Shown here in pieces: positions 1 through 12,083 of a DNA stretch of 64,000 bases. The position numbers and the translations under genes are program-made. Position 1 is the stretch's first letter. Each line of letters opens with the position of its first letter. The notes below the pieces were generated by a model. It did not search any database. It was not told the origin of the DNA and saw only the letters and a list, made by a program, of their open reading frames with translations. The stretch is taken from the IMG/VR virus record IMGVR_UViG_3300045125_000071, positions 62,001 to 126,000 of that record; one strand, 5' to 3'.

Positions 1-2
1 AA

Positions 3-656
3 GGAATATCAAGCATACATGCATCTTATAAAGATAAAGTTCAATTTGTTCTTTGTGGTTTTGATTTAAGAGGGACGGTAACAGAAATCAAAAAAGAAAC
101 TGGCGAGCAAGTACAAAGACCAATACAACCACTAGAAACTGTTTGGTTTAAATATGAAAGCATATTCACAGACAAATATAGAACATTAGACCAAGAATAC
201 AAAACATATTTGTTTAATTTCACAGAAGCACCGTATAATGATACTAATAAACCATATGTTAGAAGATGGACAAAAAACATTAATACATATGCAACGAATT
301 ACAATCATTTTGATGTTTCATTGGCCCCTCTTGTAGAATCAATGTTTAACGCTAACAAATCACAGTTAAAAGTTATCGAAGCTGGTTTCCATAAAAAAGC
401 TATTATTGCAAGTGAAACAAATCCTTATACCATAGATTTGGTAAATTCAATAGAAAATGGTATATTTAACAACAAGGGCAATGCGCTTCTTGTTTCATCG
501 AGAAAAAACCATAAACAATGGGCGCAACATATGAAAAAATTAATCGAAAACCCTTCCATGATTGAAGACCTGGGAAATAGATTATACGAAACAGTAAAAG
601 ACACATATTCATTAAAAAAGTGTGTAACGATAGAGTTCAATTTTTTAAAACCATAA
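3..656 (+). CDS. Glycosyltransferase (GT-B/GT4-like), 5'-truncated by window edge
   Basis: Frame open from base 3; C-terminal FDVSLAPL...NKSQLKVIEAG...IIASE donor-binding motif. Confidence 0.7.
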   Translation, partial: GISSIHASYKDKVQFVLCGFDLRGTVTEIKKETGEQVQRPIQPLETVWFKYESIFTDKYRTLDQEYKTYLFNFTEAPYNDTNKPYVRRWTKNINTYATNYNHFDVSLAPLVESMFNANKSQLKVIEAGFHKKAIIASETNPYTIDLVNSIENGIFNNKGNALLVSSRKNHKQWAQHMKKLIENPSMIEDLGNRLYETVKDTYSLKKCVTIEFNFLKP

Positions 657-670
657 TAAACAAGTAAACT

Positions 671-904
671 ATGCATTATTTAGTAACAATCGGCTACGAA
701 ACGGAGCAAATGGACAGAAATGGAAATCCAAGACTCCAGAAATTAAAGTATGTTATTGAGGCAGAATCTGTTGAGGAAGCGACAATAATTGCTTCTAAAT
801 ACAGAGCAGAAGACATTAGGTCATCTGAAAGTATCTCTATTATGAAATTGCCAATAGAGTGTGTTATTGATTCAAAAAATACCCCGCAATACTATAAATC
901 CTAA
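671..904 (+). CDS. Hypothetical protein
   Basis: 77-aa ORF with ATG, fits operon spacing. Confidence 0.6.
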   Translation: MHYLVTIGYETEQMDRNGNPRLQKLKYVIEAESVEEATIIASKYRAEDIRSSESISIMKLPIECVIDSKNTPQYYKS

Positions 905-908
905 TAAA

Positions 909-1688
909 ATGGAATTCTACAACAGAGACATCCAAATTTTACGTCAGTCACAAAGCAAAATGGCTTTGGAATTTGTCACTCACATGGGTTTGACAATCAC
1001 ATTCGCAGAATTACAAAGAATTACCGATGTATTTGTGGAATGTTGTTTACGAGCCCAGGATGATGAATTAAAAGAAAGAATAAAAAAATTAGACGTTTGG
1101 TTAAAAAATAAAAAGATAACAATGAATAACATAAATTTAGAAGAACTAATCTCAAAATTAAGAGATGTTGAATCATCAATAAATGATGATACTGAGAATA
1201 GTACATCTTTTATGAAAGAATTAGATGACATTATGTTATTTTTAAATCCAAAAAATAACATTGTAAATGTCAATATCAAAAAACTCCATAAAGACGCTGT
1301 AATCCCTTCATACGCTAAAGATGGTGACGCTGGTTTGGATATGACAGCAACTGAAATTATATCAGAAACTGATGAAGATATAACGTATGGAACTGGTCTT
1401 GCTATGGAAATTCCAAGAGGATATGTTGGATTGGTATTTCCAAGGTCATCAATTAGGAAATATCAATTAAAGTTATCCAACTCAGTTGGTGTTATTGATA
1501 GTGATTATAGGGGTGAAATACAAGCAACATTTAAAAAGACAAGTGGATTTTTTAGCAAAGCGTATTTAGCGGGTGAAAGAGTTTGTCAAATTATAATTTT
1601 ACCATATCCACAGATAAAATTTAATGAAGTACAAGAACTTTCTGAAACTAATAGAGGGACTGGGGGTTTTGGAAGTACTGGTTTGTGA
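909..1688 (+). CDS. dut: dUTPase (trimeric) with about 110-aa N-terminal extension, or a fused upstream small gene (alternative start 1122)
   Basis: Motifs AGLD, PRSS, GVIDSDYRGEI, GERVCQ, RGTGGFGSTG. Confidence 0.93.
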   Translation: MEFYNRDIQILRQSQSKMALEFVTHMGLTITFAELQRITDVFVECCLRAQDDELKERIKKLDVWLKNKKITMNNINLEELISKLRDVESSINDDTENSTSFMKELDDIMLFLNPKNNIVNVNIKKLHKDAVIPSYAKDGDAGLDMTATEIISETDEDITYGTGLAMEIPRGYVGLVFPRSSIRKYQLKLSNSVGVIDSDYRGEIQATFKKTSGFFSKAYLAGERVCQIIILPYPQIKFNEVQELSETNRGTGGFGSTGL

Positions 1689-1728
1689 TATTTAATAATA
1701 TAATAAGTTATATTAAATTTTTAATTTC

Positions 1729-2445
1729 TTGAGAACAAAAACTAGGGTAGTTTCAGCGGAAGAAGAAAAAAGAACACCAAATAAAGAAAGAATTAGAGAA
1801 ATCATAAAAAAACCAAAAGAAAAGTTTTTAACAAAATCTCAAAAAGATTATTGGGATATTTTGGGTGAAAATGAAATAACAATTTGTATTGGACCAGCAG
1901 GAGTCGGAAAATCATATATTGCAATGAAAAAAGCAATTGATTTATTGCATGATGATAAAAACAAATATGAAAAGATTATCATTGTTAGGCCAGCAGTAGA
2001 AGCGGAAGAAAAATTGGGTAGTCTTCCAGGCGACCTTGAACAAAAACTCGACCCATACATCTTTCCATCATATTACCTATTAAACAAGATTATAGGTAAA
2101 CAAGCGAGGGAAAGATTAAAGAATGAAGAGTTTATTGAAGTTGCAGCTCTTGCCTACATGCGTGGTTGGAACGTCGATAATTCAATTCTGATATTTGAAG
2201 AAGCACAGAATTCCACCATTGGTCAAATGAAGTTGTTATTAACAAGAATTGGTTTTAATTCTAAATTCTTTATTTCTGGTGACTTGGAACAATCCGATAA
2301 ATTCAAAAATATCGAACACTCTGGATTGTACGATGCAAAAAGGAGAATGGAAGGTCTTCCAAATATCGGTGTATATGAATTTAAAAATCCTAAGGATATT
2401 GTTAGAAATCCGTTGATTACCGAAATTTTACATAGGTACGATTAA
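1729..2445 (+). CDS. phoH: PhoH-family ATPase
   Basis: GPAGVGKS Walker A, IIIVRPAVE, LGSLPGDL, AYMRG, EEAQN, GDLEQSD. Confidence 0.95.
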   Translation: MRTKTRVVSAEEEKRTPNKERIREIIKKPKEKFLTKSQKDYWDILGENEITICIGPAGVGKSYIAMKKAIDLLHDDKNKYEKIIIVRPAVEAEEKLGSLPGDLEQKLDPYIFPSYYLLNKIIGKQARERLKNEEFIEVAALAYMRGWNVDNSILIFEEAQNSTIGQMKLLLTRIGFNSKFFISGDLEQSDKFKNIEHSGLYDAKRRMEGLPNIGVYEFKNPKDIVRNPLITEILHRYD

Positions 2446-2489
2446 AATTTATCATTTATTTTTAAATCTCCATGTGTTATATTTAATGC

Positions 2490-2990
2490 ATGGAGATTTT
2501 TATTAGTATAGATGGCGTATTAAGAAATTTCATACAGAAATTTGATTATCACTATAAAGACGCATTCTTTGATAGTGAATTTGAAAATGATAACAATTTT
2601 GAATATAAAATAACTGAACCAGTTCAGAATAATAATTTATTAAACTCGTATAATTTTCAATCTATTGAAGAATACGAGTTTTTTCTTTTTGTTGAATATC
2701 CAATAGAAATTTTTGGGCACGCTGGTTTAAGTTATCCAAATGTTTTTACAGAATTAAATAAAATTATTTATGATAATCCAGAACATAATTTTACCATTGT
2801 TGGATTAAATGAGGTTGGTAAAGCAAAACCTGCAACATTGTTCTTTTTATCTAAAAACGGTTTCTTAGGTAGTAATATCAAATTTATAAAAACAGAAGAT
2901 ATTGGTAAATGTTGGTATAAATGTGATGTATGGATAAGTGATAATATTGATATTTTAAAATACGGACACAAAAAAATTATTCACCAATAA
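2490..2990 (+). CDS. HAD-like / 5'(3')-deoxyribonucleotidase-like protein (3' end frameshifted)
   Basis: N-terminal ISIDGVL and C-terminal DVWISD resemble HAD motifs; first catalytic Asp not canonical. Confidence 0.45.
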   Translation: MEIFISIDGVLRNFIQKFDYHYKDAFFDSEFENDNNFEYKITEPVQNNNLLNSYNFQSIEEYEFFLFVEYPIEIFGHAGLSYPNVFTELNKIIYDNPEHNFTIVGLNEVGKAKPATLFFLSKNGFLGSNIKFIKTEDIGKCWYKCDVWISDNIDILKYGHKKIIHQ

Positions 2991-3063
2991 AATTTAATAC
3001 AGATTATAATAAATTCTTTACTTGTGAAAAAGAAATATCTAAATTATCGGAAATAAAAGAATT

Positions 3064-3369
3064 ATGGTTAAAATATTCGGAAAATACTACTACATAGATA
3101 TTGAAGGTATTGTTGATAAATGTACGACAGTAATATCAACAGAAAATAAAGACAGTGAAATTGAAAATGAAATTAATTCAGGTCTTGAAATAAATGTATT
3201 CAAATACGAAATAATTAAAATGTGTCTAGAAAGAGTATTGAGTGAATTTCAAGAAAGGAATGAAGATGAAGATATTGGTATTTTTGCTTTATCTGATGTG
3301 AATATTTCATTAAAAATTGCTTTTAATACATTAATAAAATATAATATTTTAATTGAAGATGATGAGTAA
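3064..3369 (+). CDS. Hypothetical protein
   Basis: 101-aa ORF in operon. Confidence 0.6.
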   Translation: MVKIFGKYYYIDIEGIVDKCTTVISTENKDSEIENEINSGLEINVFKYEIIKMCLERVLSEFQERNEDEDIGIFALSDVNISLKIAFNTLIKYNILIEDDE

Positions 3370-4437
3370 AACGCAGGAAAATATAGAAAAATTAGAAACA
3401 TCGTTATTATCATTACATAACAACGATTGTGTCATATATTTTTTAACATATGATACAAAAATAATCCCAGAGCGTCTGTTAAACATATATACGACATTGC
3501 TCTAGTACTTAAAAAAACGGATTCAATTCTAAAATTTTAGTTGAAGATAAAACATATGTTGGTGTAAAAATTGGCTTGGTGACACATACAACGATTTAGA
3601 AATTGTATCAATTAAAGAAGATAAAATACAAATTAAATTAGAGGATGTGTTAGTTGTGCCTGAATTATATTCCAATGTTTTACAACAATTAAGTAATATA
3701 AAATGTACTAAAGTAATGCTTGTACAACAAAAAGAATATATATTCGAATCATTACCTATTGGTAGTAAATGGGATGATTATGGATTTGAGCAAGTAATAA
3801 CAACCACAGAAAAGGCAAAAGAGTATATTGAAGAATTTTTCCCAAAAGCAATGTATCTATCATTCCACCTATTATTGGTGACAATTTTAAAAAATCGGAA
3901 TTTCCGATTAAACCGTACATTGCAATATTAACTAGGGAAAGAGTTATTAGTAGAAAAATCATATCTGAATTTTATTTGAAATATCCACATTTACGTTGGA
4001 TTACATTTAAAGATATGGTACAATTAACATACGATGAGTTTGCCGACGCTCTTAATGAATGTATGGTATCTGTATGGGTAGATGACGAATCTACATTCGG
4101 AACCTTCCCACTAGAATCTATGAAATGTGACGTTCCTGTCGTTGGTAAAATTCCCGATACAGAACCAGATTGGTTAACAGAAAACGGTATGTGGACTTAT
4201 GATTCAAATAAGATAGTTGAAATATTGGGGACATATATTATTGCTTGGTTAGAAGGTATTGAATTAACGGCAGAAGTAAAAGAAAAAATGAAAGAAACAT
4301 TATTACCTTATTCATATGATATAACAGAAAAAAATATTGTAAAAATATTCACATCATATAAAAATAATAGAATTAATAAAATTCAATTAGCAATCGAAAA
4401 ACTTAAAAAGAGGAGGTTTCCGAATGAAAAATATTAG
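3362..4437 (+). CDS. Glycosyltransferase-like protein, split by indels
   Basis: Fragments 3647-3931 and 3976-4437; DDESTFGTFPLESMKCDVPVVG is a GT-B E-x7-E-like motif. Confidence 0.6.
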
Positions 4438-5211
4438 CATAATTTTACCATTACATAAGTTTAACGATGATTACCATAAGATGCTTACAAAATGCCGTCA
4501 ACTCAATTGATAGTTTCCATAATGATGTTAAATTGATTATGGTTTGTGTTGAAGATATTAAAAACGATATTGATAATCTTAATTTAACTGGTCAAATTAG
4601 AAGTTGTTAAATTATACTATAAAGGAGTATCTGACTTTTGTTCTTTAGTTAATTTAGGTATTAAATCTTGTGATACAGAATGGTTTTCAATTTTAGAAGT
4701 TGATGATGAATTTAAACCAATTTGGTTGAGTTCTATGAATGAATACATGAACGCTTACAAAGACGTATCGGTATTTTTACCTATTGTTAAAGATATAAAT
4801 AGTGAAGGTAATTTTATTAGTTTTACCAACGAATCCGTTTGGGCGTATGGTTTTACTGAAAACCAGGGATTCTTACAGAATGATGTTTTGTTAGAATATC
4901 AAAATTATCAAATATGCGGCGGTCTTTATAAGACTAAAGTTTTTATTGATAATGGTATGTTAAAAGAAAATATAAAATTAACATTTGGATATGAGTTATT
5001 ATTAAGATTAACATACAACGATGTTAAAATTATTACAGTACCAAGAGTCGGATATCAACATGTAAATTTTAGAGAAGATTCACTATTCTGGAGATATAAA
5101 AACGACCCAGAATTATTGCTTAGTGAAAATGAGGCTAAATTTTGGATTGACGCAGCCAAAAAAGAATTCTTTTTCAAAAATAAACGAGATTTAAATTATA
5201 TGGAAAAATAA
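4424..5211 (+). CDS. Glycosyltransferase family 2-like, split by indels
   Basis: Starts MKNISIILP; WFSILEVDD (DxD) motif; C-terminal ORF 4726-5211. Confidence 0.65.
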
Positions 5212-5907
5212 ATGCCGAGAAAGAGAACCCAAAAAATGTATTTTGGGGATTCTCAAGAAGAAGCGGTTGTAAGATATTTAAAATCTGATTCCGAAGAAGA
5301 AAAGAACAAGATATTCAATGAATATTTAAGAGAACCCTTATTATAATGGTCGAATCAATTATTCGACGATATAAGTTATATAGAAAAGATTATGAGTTTC
5401 AGGATATACACACCGATACTATGTCTTTTTTAATAACTAAAATAAACAAATTTGACCCATCAAAAAACCATAAAGCATACTCTTATTTTGGTACCATTTG
5501 TAAAAACTACTTAATGGGTGCCATTCAAAAAGACAATAAGGACAATAATCGAAATGTTTCATATGAAGATATTTCATCTGATATTGAAGATAGTCCAGAA
5601 CACTCATATGTTATTGACGCATATCAAATAGATTATCATAATGTTATAATTAAATTAGTAATCGAATTGGAAAATTTCATGGAATCCGAGGAATTATCGG
5701 ATAATGAAAAAAATTGGGTTATGCTCTTTAGAAATTTTTGCAAATTTTGATAAAATATTTCAGATAGGTGACGGTAATAAGTTCAATAAGAATTTAATTT
5801 TATTATCCATTAGAGAAATGACTTCGTTAAGCACAAAAGAAATCCGAATTTCTATGAGGAAATTTAAGAAACTATATGAGTGGTATTCTAATGGTTTTTT
5901 AGATTAA
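5212..5907 (+). CDS. RNA polymerase sigma-factor-like protein (possible late sigma), frameshifted twice
   Basis: Region-2-like KFDPSKNHKAYSYFGTICKNYL; C-terminal helical region. Confidence 0.65.
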
Positions 5908-5920
5908 TCTATTTATAATT

Positions 5921-6301
5921 ATGAAAGAAAAAAGAAATTTAATAACTCTAGAGGTTGATTCTGCATTGGCTTTAATGCAAGAAATCTATAATGATATTGT
6001 AGAACAAAAAAACTACGCCTCTATGATTATGAAAAAAATGTTGTCTTTTATGAAAGACCAGGAAGATATGAGTATGATTGGTCCAGTTATAAAAGAACAA
6101 CAAAAAATTATGAATGAATGTACAGAAAAGAAAATTTCATTAGTAAAGTTACAAGGTTTGTTATTAAAACAAACACAAGGTACTGGTAGTAAAAATATGC
6201 CAATCGGAAAACTTAATTTAACTGAAGAAGAAAGAGAATTATTAGATAAATTAGTAAAAGATGATGAAAAATCGGATGATGTAGGTAAGTATAAATTATA
6301 A
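5921..6301 (+). CDS. Hypothetical protein
   Basis: 126-aa ORF preceded by TATTTATA motif. Confidence 0.65.
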   Translation: MKEKRNLITLEVDSALALMQEIYNDIVEQKNYASMIMKKMLSFMKDQEDMSMIGPVIKEQQKIMNECTEKKISLVKLQGLLLKQTQGTGSKNMPIGKLNLTEEERELLDKLVKDDEKSDDVGKYKL

Positions 6302-8172
6302 TGAAAAAGTACAAGAAATAAAATCAAAATTAGGTGCGATAAGAAATACATTAGATGACAATAAATTAAATGTTAATGATGTATATGACACCTATTTGCA
6401 AGATTTACCAACAACTGATTCATTATTTGGTAAAAAACCAGACCAATTTTTAAGCAAAAAATTAAAAAAAGAGAAAATAAAAAAGATATTTTTCTGAATT
6501 ATTAGATATTGTTGAAACTTTTGTTGGTACTGATAAAAAAATTAAACTTGAAGACAAGTATCAAATAAAACAAATCATAAAACAATATATTTCCGAATCA
6601 ATTCAAGTAACACAAAAAGATAGCAAACAAATTATTCAAGATAGTATAAAGAAAATTTCTTTGCTGGTGAAGGTATTTGTGGTGGTAATTCTAAAATACC
6701 GATTGATAGTATTAAAATCTCACCAAAAGAAATCGATTTTATAAACCTACTGACTTTAGACCCTACATCAAATGCTGGTAAAATATTATATGAACCACAA
6801 TCAAATGTTGTAGACAGTTTTAATAGAGAACTGTATAATGTTTTTACAAATGGTTCATACGATTTTAAAAAAAATAATGGTGATACATTATTTTCAATAA
6901 ATTGGAATGTTACAAATCAAGAATTTGAATTATCTGGATTAAAACAAAATGGTAATGTTAATGTAATGGATTTTTTCGATGATTATTTTTCATCGATAAC
7001 ATTTCCAGATATATCTGGTGTAACAAAATCAGCCATGTTATTAACAATTCAAGGTGATAAAACAGAATCTTTAGACTTTAATGTTAGTCTTAATAAATTA
7101 GATAGATTGTTAAATAAATTATTTGCGATATGTGGCCAGCAAACAAATAGGAATAGTATAAAAAATCAAAATCCTACGGATTTATTTGATGAAAATGAAG
7201 AAGATATTGAATCTTATTTTGATTTTGATAATACAGATGAAGTTGATTTTGAAGCTGAAGATGCTCGAATTAGGGGTGTTTTAAAATTTGTTGATTGTGA
7301 CAACTTTGAGATTCCAGTAAATAAAAACAATATAGAAGATTTTGTTTATTTCGTACAAAAAAGAATCTCAATGATGTTGTTAATGAAACATTAGATAAAA
7401 CAGCAAATGATGTTTATGAAAAGTCAGATAAAGTTATTAGTGCGTCACAATTCAAATTATCATTATTAAACGAATTTAATTTAAAACTGCCTAAAGCATT
7501 AATTCTTAATATATTAACGCCAAAATTATTTTTACCAATAGTTACAATATATAAAATGTTTAAATCATTAACATTACAAAAACTAGATATTAATGATTTA
7601 TTAAAAAATTATCTAAATTATTTTATACGATTGTAAAAAATTTATTCTGGAAATTTATTACTGAATTTTGGGTAAGAATAAAAGCCGAATTGTTATCCTT
7701 TGTTAAAAATTTTGTTATAAAAATATTGAAAGATAAGTATAAAAGATATGTTGATATACTAACAGCAATTTTACAATCTTTAAAGAAAGTTGGTATAAAA
7801 GAAATAGATAATTGCGAAAATCTTTTTAATATTATTTTACAAACATTAGAAAGTACTGGTATGCTAAAAGGTAAACCAAGAATACCTGGTTTATTATTAG
7901 CGGCCTCAAGTGCTTTACCAGGGTTAAGTAAAACTAAAATGATGACTGATGTTATAGAATTTTTAGAATCTAAAAACATCCCAACAGGTGATATTAATGG
8001 TGATAGAAATGAATTAATATTAACTATTGATTCTGTTTATGGTACTTTATTGAAAAATTTAGATAAATACGCTTTTGTTGACGCATCTAATAAACCTTTA
8101 GTATTAACATCACCATCTGGTCCAGTAATAGTACCACCAGGTGTTTTGAAAATATCAGGGAAACTATTTTAA
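6301..8172 (+). CDS. Large hypothetical (probable virion) protein, fragmented by indels
   Basis: Consecutive same-strand fragments including 6966-7394 and 7690-8172. Confidence 0.45.
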
Positions 8173-8173
8173 T

Positions 8174-8377
8174 ATGACGCAAGAAAAAATTTATGAGGTT
8201 GTCAAAAATGTTCAAGACAAACCTAACAAAGATTTGATGGCATGTTTAAGTTATTTAAGCGAAGAATATGAAAAAACAAAAGAATTGATTATTGATTTAA
8301 CAAATCATATGGATAATGTTGAAGACATGTATAATATTATAAATAAAGAATTAAGTAAAAGAACAGTAATTAAATGA
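8174..8377 (+). CDS. Hypothetical protein
   Basis: 67-aa ORF abutting neighbours. Confidence 0.55.
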   Translation: MTQEKIYEVVKNVQDKPNKDLMACLSYLSEEYEKTKELIIDLTNHMDNVEDMYNIINKELSKRTVIK

Positions 8378-9902
8378 AAATAATTGATATCGCAATATGT
8401 GTTGATAACATTGACCCTAAGGGTATTGGTAGAATCAGATGTGTTCGATATAATGATTATGTTGGTGAAAAAGAAAAAGCATTAAATTATGATAAATGGG
8501 GTGATTTGGACCCATTTGTCGCTTTACCATTTTTACCAAATAATATTAATATGATTCCAGAAATTGGTCAATCAGTAAAGGTATTAAACTATAATGTTGA
8601 TAAAGAAACCGTAAACCAAGAATATATTGCAGGTCCATTCACAACAATGTATGATTATAATTCACAAAGCTTTTCTCAACAAATTGAAAATACTACATAT
8701 GGTGTTGCTGTTAAAAGAAAAGATGGTATTAGAAGAGCTACTGGAGAATATATTGAAAAAAATAGCGAATATGTTTTTGCCAAAGAAACTGATTATGGTA
8801 TATATGGTAAATATGGGTCAGATATTTTATTTACTGAAAATGGTTTGGAATTAAGAGGTGGTAAATTATTATCTAAAGACGCTGCAAATGTAACAAATAG
8901 AAAAAAACTAGTATCAAAACCAATTTATGCTAATAAAATATCAAAATTACATTTAAAAAAATATCCCAAAAGTGCTAGTTTAGTTGATTTAAAAGAACAT
9001 TAGAAAGAACTGAAAACATAAGTTTAAATTACATTATAGAATACGAAATTGATAATTTAACAACACCAACCGAAATTAAAATATATGCATACAAAATTAT
9101 CAAAGATTTAGGCGACATATATAAAACAGATAATTTTAATGATAATAGCCCAATTGCAATTATTGGTGATGCACCACCGTTAAAACTTATAAATACGGAT
9201 AATTCATTTACAGGAGCAACATATACTATTTCAGTTGATTCAGAAACAAATAAAACAATATTAGCTAAAAATATTGCAATTGAAATTAGAAATATAATTA
9301 ACCAATTAAGCCAAAGTGGGCTAAGTAGTTTAAATGCGATATATGGTGGTGGAGATATTCACCCATTTTATTTTAGAGCGGCAGAAAACTTTAAAATTTT
9401 TACAGGTACGACAGAGGAATTAAATTTCAAAGATTTAATTTTAAATGATATTAAAGTAAAAAATGTTGGTCCAGCTAATGGACTGATTTGGTCATATTCA
9501 GATGCAATACAACCTCCTAAAACTTATGATGTTTTAGAAAAAGTATTCAAATATGATAATGATGCTAAAGAACAAACTTTCGCTTCTTTATTATCAGATA
9601 GAATATTTTTATTATCCACAGACGCTAATGAAACAGAATTAAAAATTGATTTTGACGCATTAGATAAGTATGAATTTAGCCATGAAAACTATATTAAAGA
9701 TATTGAACCTAAGACATACGCATCAGTAAGAGGTGAAAACTTATTAAAATTTTTAGAAGCTTTATATATTGTTCTTATAACACATAGACATAATTTACTA
9801 AAACCTTATGCAAGAACACAATACGAAGAACATAATGTTTTAGAAAGATTATTTAATAATTTAAAAAATGACATATTAAATAACTCAATTAGAATTAACT
9901 AA
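8374..9902 (+). CDS. Baseplate hub/spike (gp5/VgrG-like OB-fold N-terminus), frameshifted
   Basis: IAICVDNIDPKGIGRIRC matches the gp5-type V.D..DP...GR.R motif. Confidence 0.55.
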
Positions 9903-9924
9903 TTGATATTTATAGAATAAAAAC

Positions 9925-11298
9925 ATGTCATATTTTCGTTCATATTTTGAAAAAAATAATACTATTATTAAGGATTCTTTGGTTAATACCGCAAAAAACC
10001 CTACCACACAATTATATTACGGTGATGGTTTTTCAAAATATATATTTAAAATAGATTTTACTGATTTACAAAACAAAGTAGATAATGGTGATTTGATTAT
10101 AAATGAATATACAAAACATTATCTTAATTTAACTAATACAATTTTTGGTGATGAAACATTCCTGGGTGCAATGAGGGGGGATGGAAAAGAAAGAACAAAT
10201 TCTTTTGATTTAATATTATTTAAAGTAAATGAATTTTGGGATGAGGGTGTTGGTTTTGATTACAACGATGCTGGTTATGATTTTACCGCTGGAAATAAAA
10301 CTTATGATGTTAGAGCATCAAACTGGTATAATAGAACAACCACAAATACTTGGGCGATAAATGGTATATATTCTACGGGTGCAACAATTGTAAATACAAT
10401 ACATTTTGATAGAGGTAATGAAAATATAGATATTGATATTACAGATTATGTTAATGGAATTATCGTTTCTGGTAATACAAATCATGGTTTAGGTCTAGCA
10501 TTTGCAATAGAATATCAAGATTTAGAACCAGCAAATGAACAATCTGTTGCTTTCTTTACGAAATACACTCAAACATTTTTTGAACCATTTGTCGAATCTA
10601 TTTTTTTAGATAATATCACCGATGCCAGAAATAATTTTGTTGAGGGGGTAACACAAAATCTTTATTTATATGTCACAAAAGGAAGTAATTTTTATAATTT
10701 AGATAATTTACCATTAGTAAACATATATGATAATACAAATACAATAATTCCAGGATTATCTGGTTTAACAACCACACAAGTTAGAACTGGTATTTATGAA
10801 CTTTCTTTTGGTATTTCTGGTTTAACATGTGATGGTAAGAAATTTTTTTATGATAAATGGACAAATTTATCTATTGATGGTGTTTCAATAAGCGATGTAA
10901 CTCAAAAATTTATACCTAAACCACTTAGTTCAAAATATTCGATAGGTTCAAATCCAACAGAATCCAAGGATTACAAAATCCAATATCAAGGAATTAAGCA
11001 GAATGAAAAAATTAGACGTGGAGAACTTAGAAAAGTCTCTGTTATTTTCAAATCTATACAATCATTAAAAGCTGATATACTTGATGAAGTATATTTTAGA
11101 ATGTATATATTTGAGGGTAGAACTGAAGTTATTGTACACGATTGGACATTATTAGATGTCACAAATGAAAATTCTTTTATTTTAGATACTTCAATCTACA
11201 TACCTAGAGAATATTTTATAGAAATTAAAGCAAAATCATTTGGTGAAGAAATTTATTATGATAACATAATAAAATTTGAAATTGTATCAGAAAAATAA
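9925..11298 (+). CDS. Probable virion structural protein
   Basis: Intact 457-aa beta-rich ORF, late-type motif upstream, next to baseplate gene. Confidence 0.6.
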   Translation: MSYFRSYFEKNNTIIKDSLVNTAKNPTTQLYYGDGFSKYIFKIDFTDLQNKVDNGDLIINEYTKHYLNLTNTIFGDETFLGAMRGDGKERTNSFDLILFKVNEFWDEGVGFDYNDAGYDFTAGNKTYDVRASNWYNRTTTNTWAINGIYSTGATIVNTIHFDRGNENIDIDITDYVNGIIVSGNTNHGLGLAFAIEYQDLEPANEQSVAFFTKYTQTFFEPFVESIFLDNITDARNNFVEGVTQNLYLYVTKGSNFYNLDNLPLVNIYDNTNTIIPGLSGLTTTQVRTGIYELSFGISGLTCDGKKFFYDKWTNLSIDGVSISDVTQKFIPKPLSSKYSIGSNPTESKDYKIQYQGIKQNEKIRRGELRKVSVIFKSIQSLKADILDEVYFRMYIFEGRTEVIVHDWTLLDVTNENSFILDTSIYIPREYFIEIKAKSFGEEIYYDNIIKFEIVSEK

Positions 11299-11310
11299 AT
11301 ATTTATTTAT

Positions 11311-12065
11311 ATGAATTTAGAAAATAAAATCAAGAAGCAATTAATGCAATTAAAAGAAAGTCATGACGATGCTGGTCATCAAAACTACATGTTTTTTGGT
11401 AATTTACAACAAATGCATAGACAAACTAAATTGTTAATGCAGGAAGACCATAATATGATTGATAATATATTAAAAGAGCATGATTGGGCGCAAGACCATA
11501 TTGCTGAAGCAAAAGTCTTCTTGACCAAGTTTTTGATTTTTTAATGAATGAAACAAAAAAATCACATGGTCAGGAAGAACATGATATAAAAAACATGGCC
11601 ATTGGTTTTGTTGGCGATATGATGAATGAGTCGCAAGAGATTGACGAAAGTAAAAACAAACCCACAAATCCCAAATTATGGGCAGCATCTTTAGCGTGGG
11701 CAAAACGTAGATATAAAGTGTGTCCAAGTGCATATTGTAATGGTGCCGCTGCAAAACATTATAAATCAAAAGGTGGAGGTTGGAGAAAATCAACAAATGA
11801 AAGTTTGCAAGAAGAAAAGAAATCAGAAAAATCTGATGTTTATCATAAATCATACACATCCGCAATAAATTCGGCATTAGACTATGCTGAAAAAAGAGGG
11901 TATGAATATGACAAAGAAGAAACAGCAACTAAAATAGGTTCTGGACCCAAAAAACCTGCTGATGGTAAAACTAATAGATTTACAATCTCTTTATATAAAG
12001 ATGGTAAAGAGCAAAAAAATCATTACATATACAGGTCTATGGTATGGGTGAAAAATATGAATTAA
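11311..12065 (+). CDS. Hypothetical protein(s); probably one gene split at about 11540
   Basis: ORFs 11311-11544 and 11544-12065; KPTNPKLW...PSAY..G...K.YKSKGGGW domain recurrent in large phages. Confidence 0.55.
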
Positions 12066-12083
12066 ATTGTTATATAAGTTAAT

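Noticed and set aside
909-1121. Novel dUTPase fusion domain
   Set aside because: A second ATG at 1122 follows A-homopolymers, so the fusion may be an indel artefact; not claimable without read data
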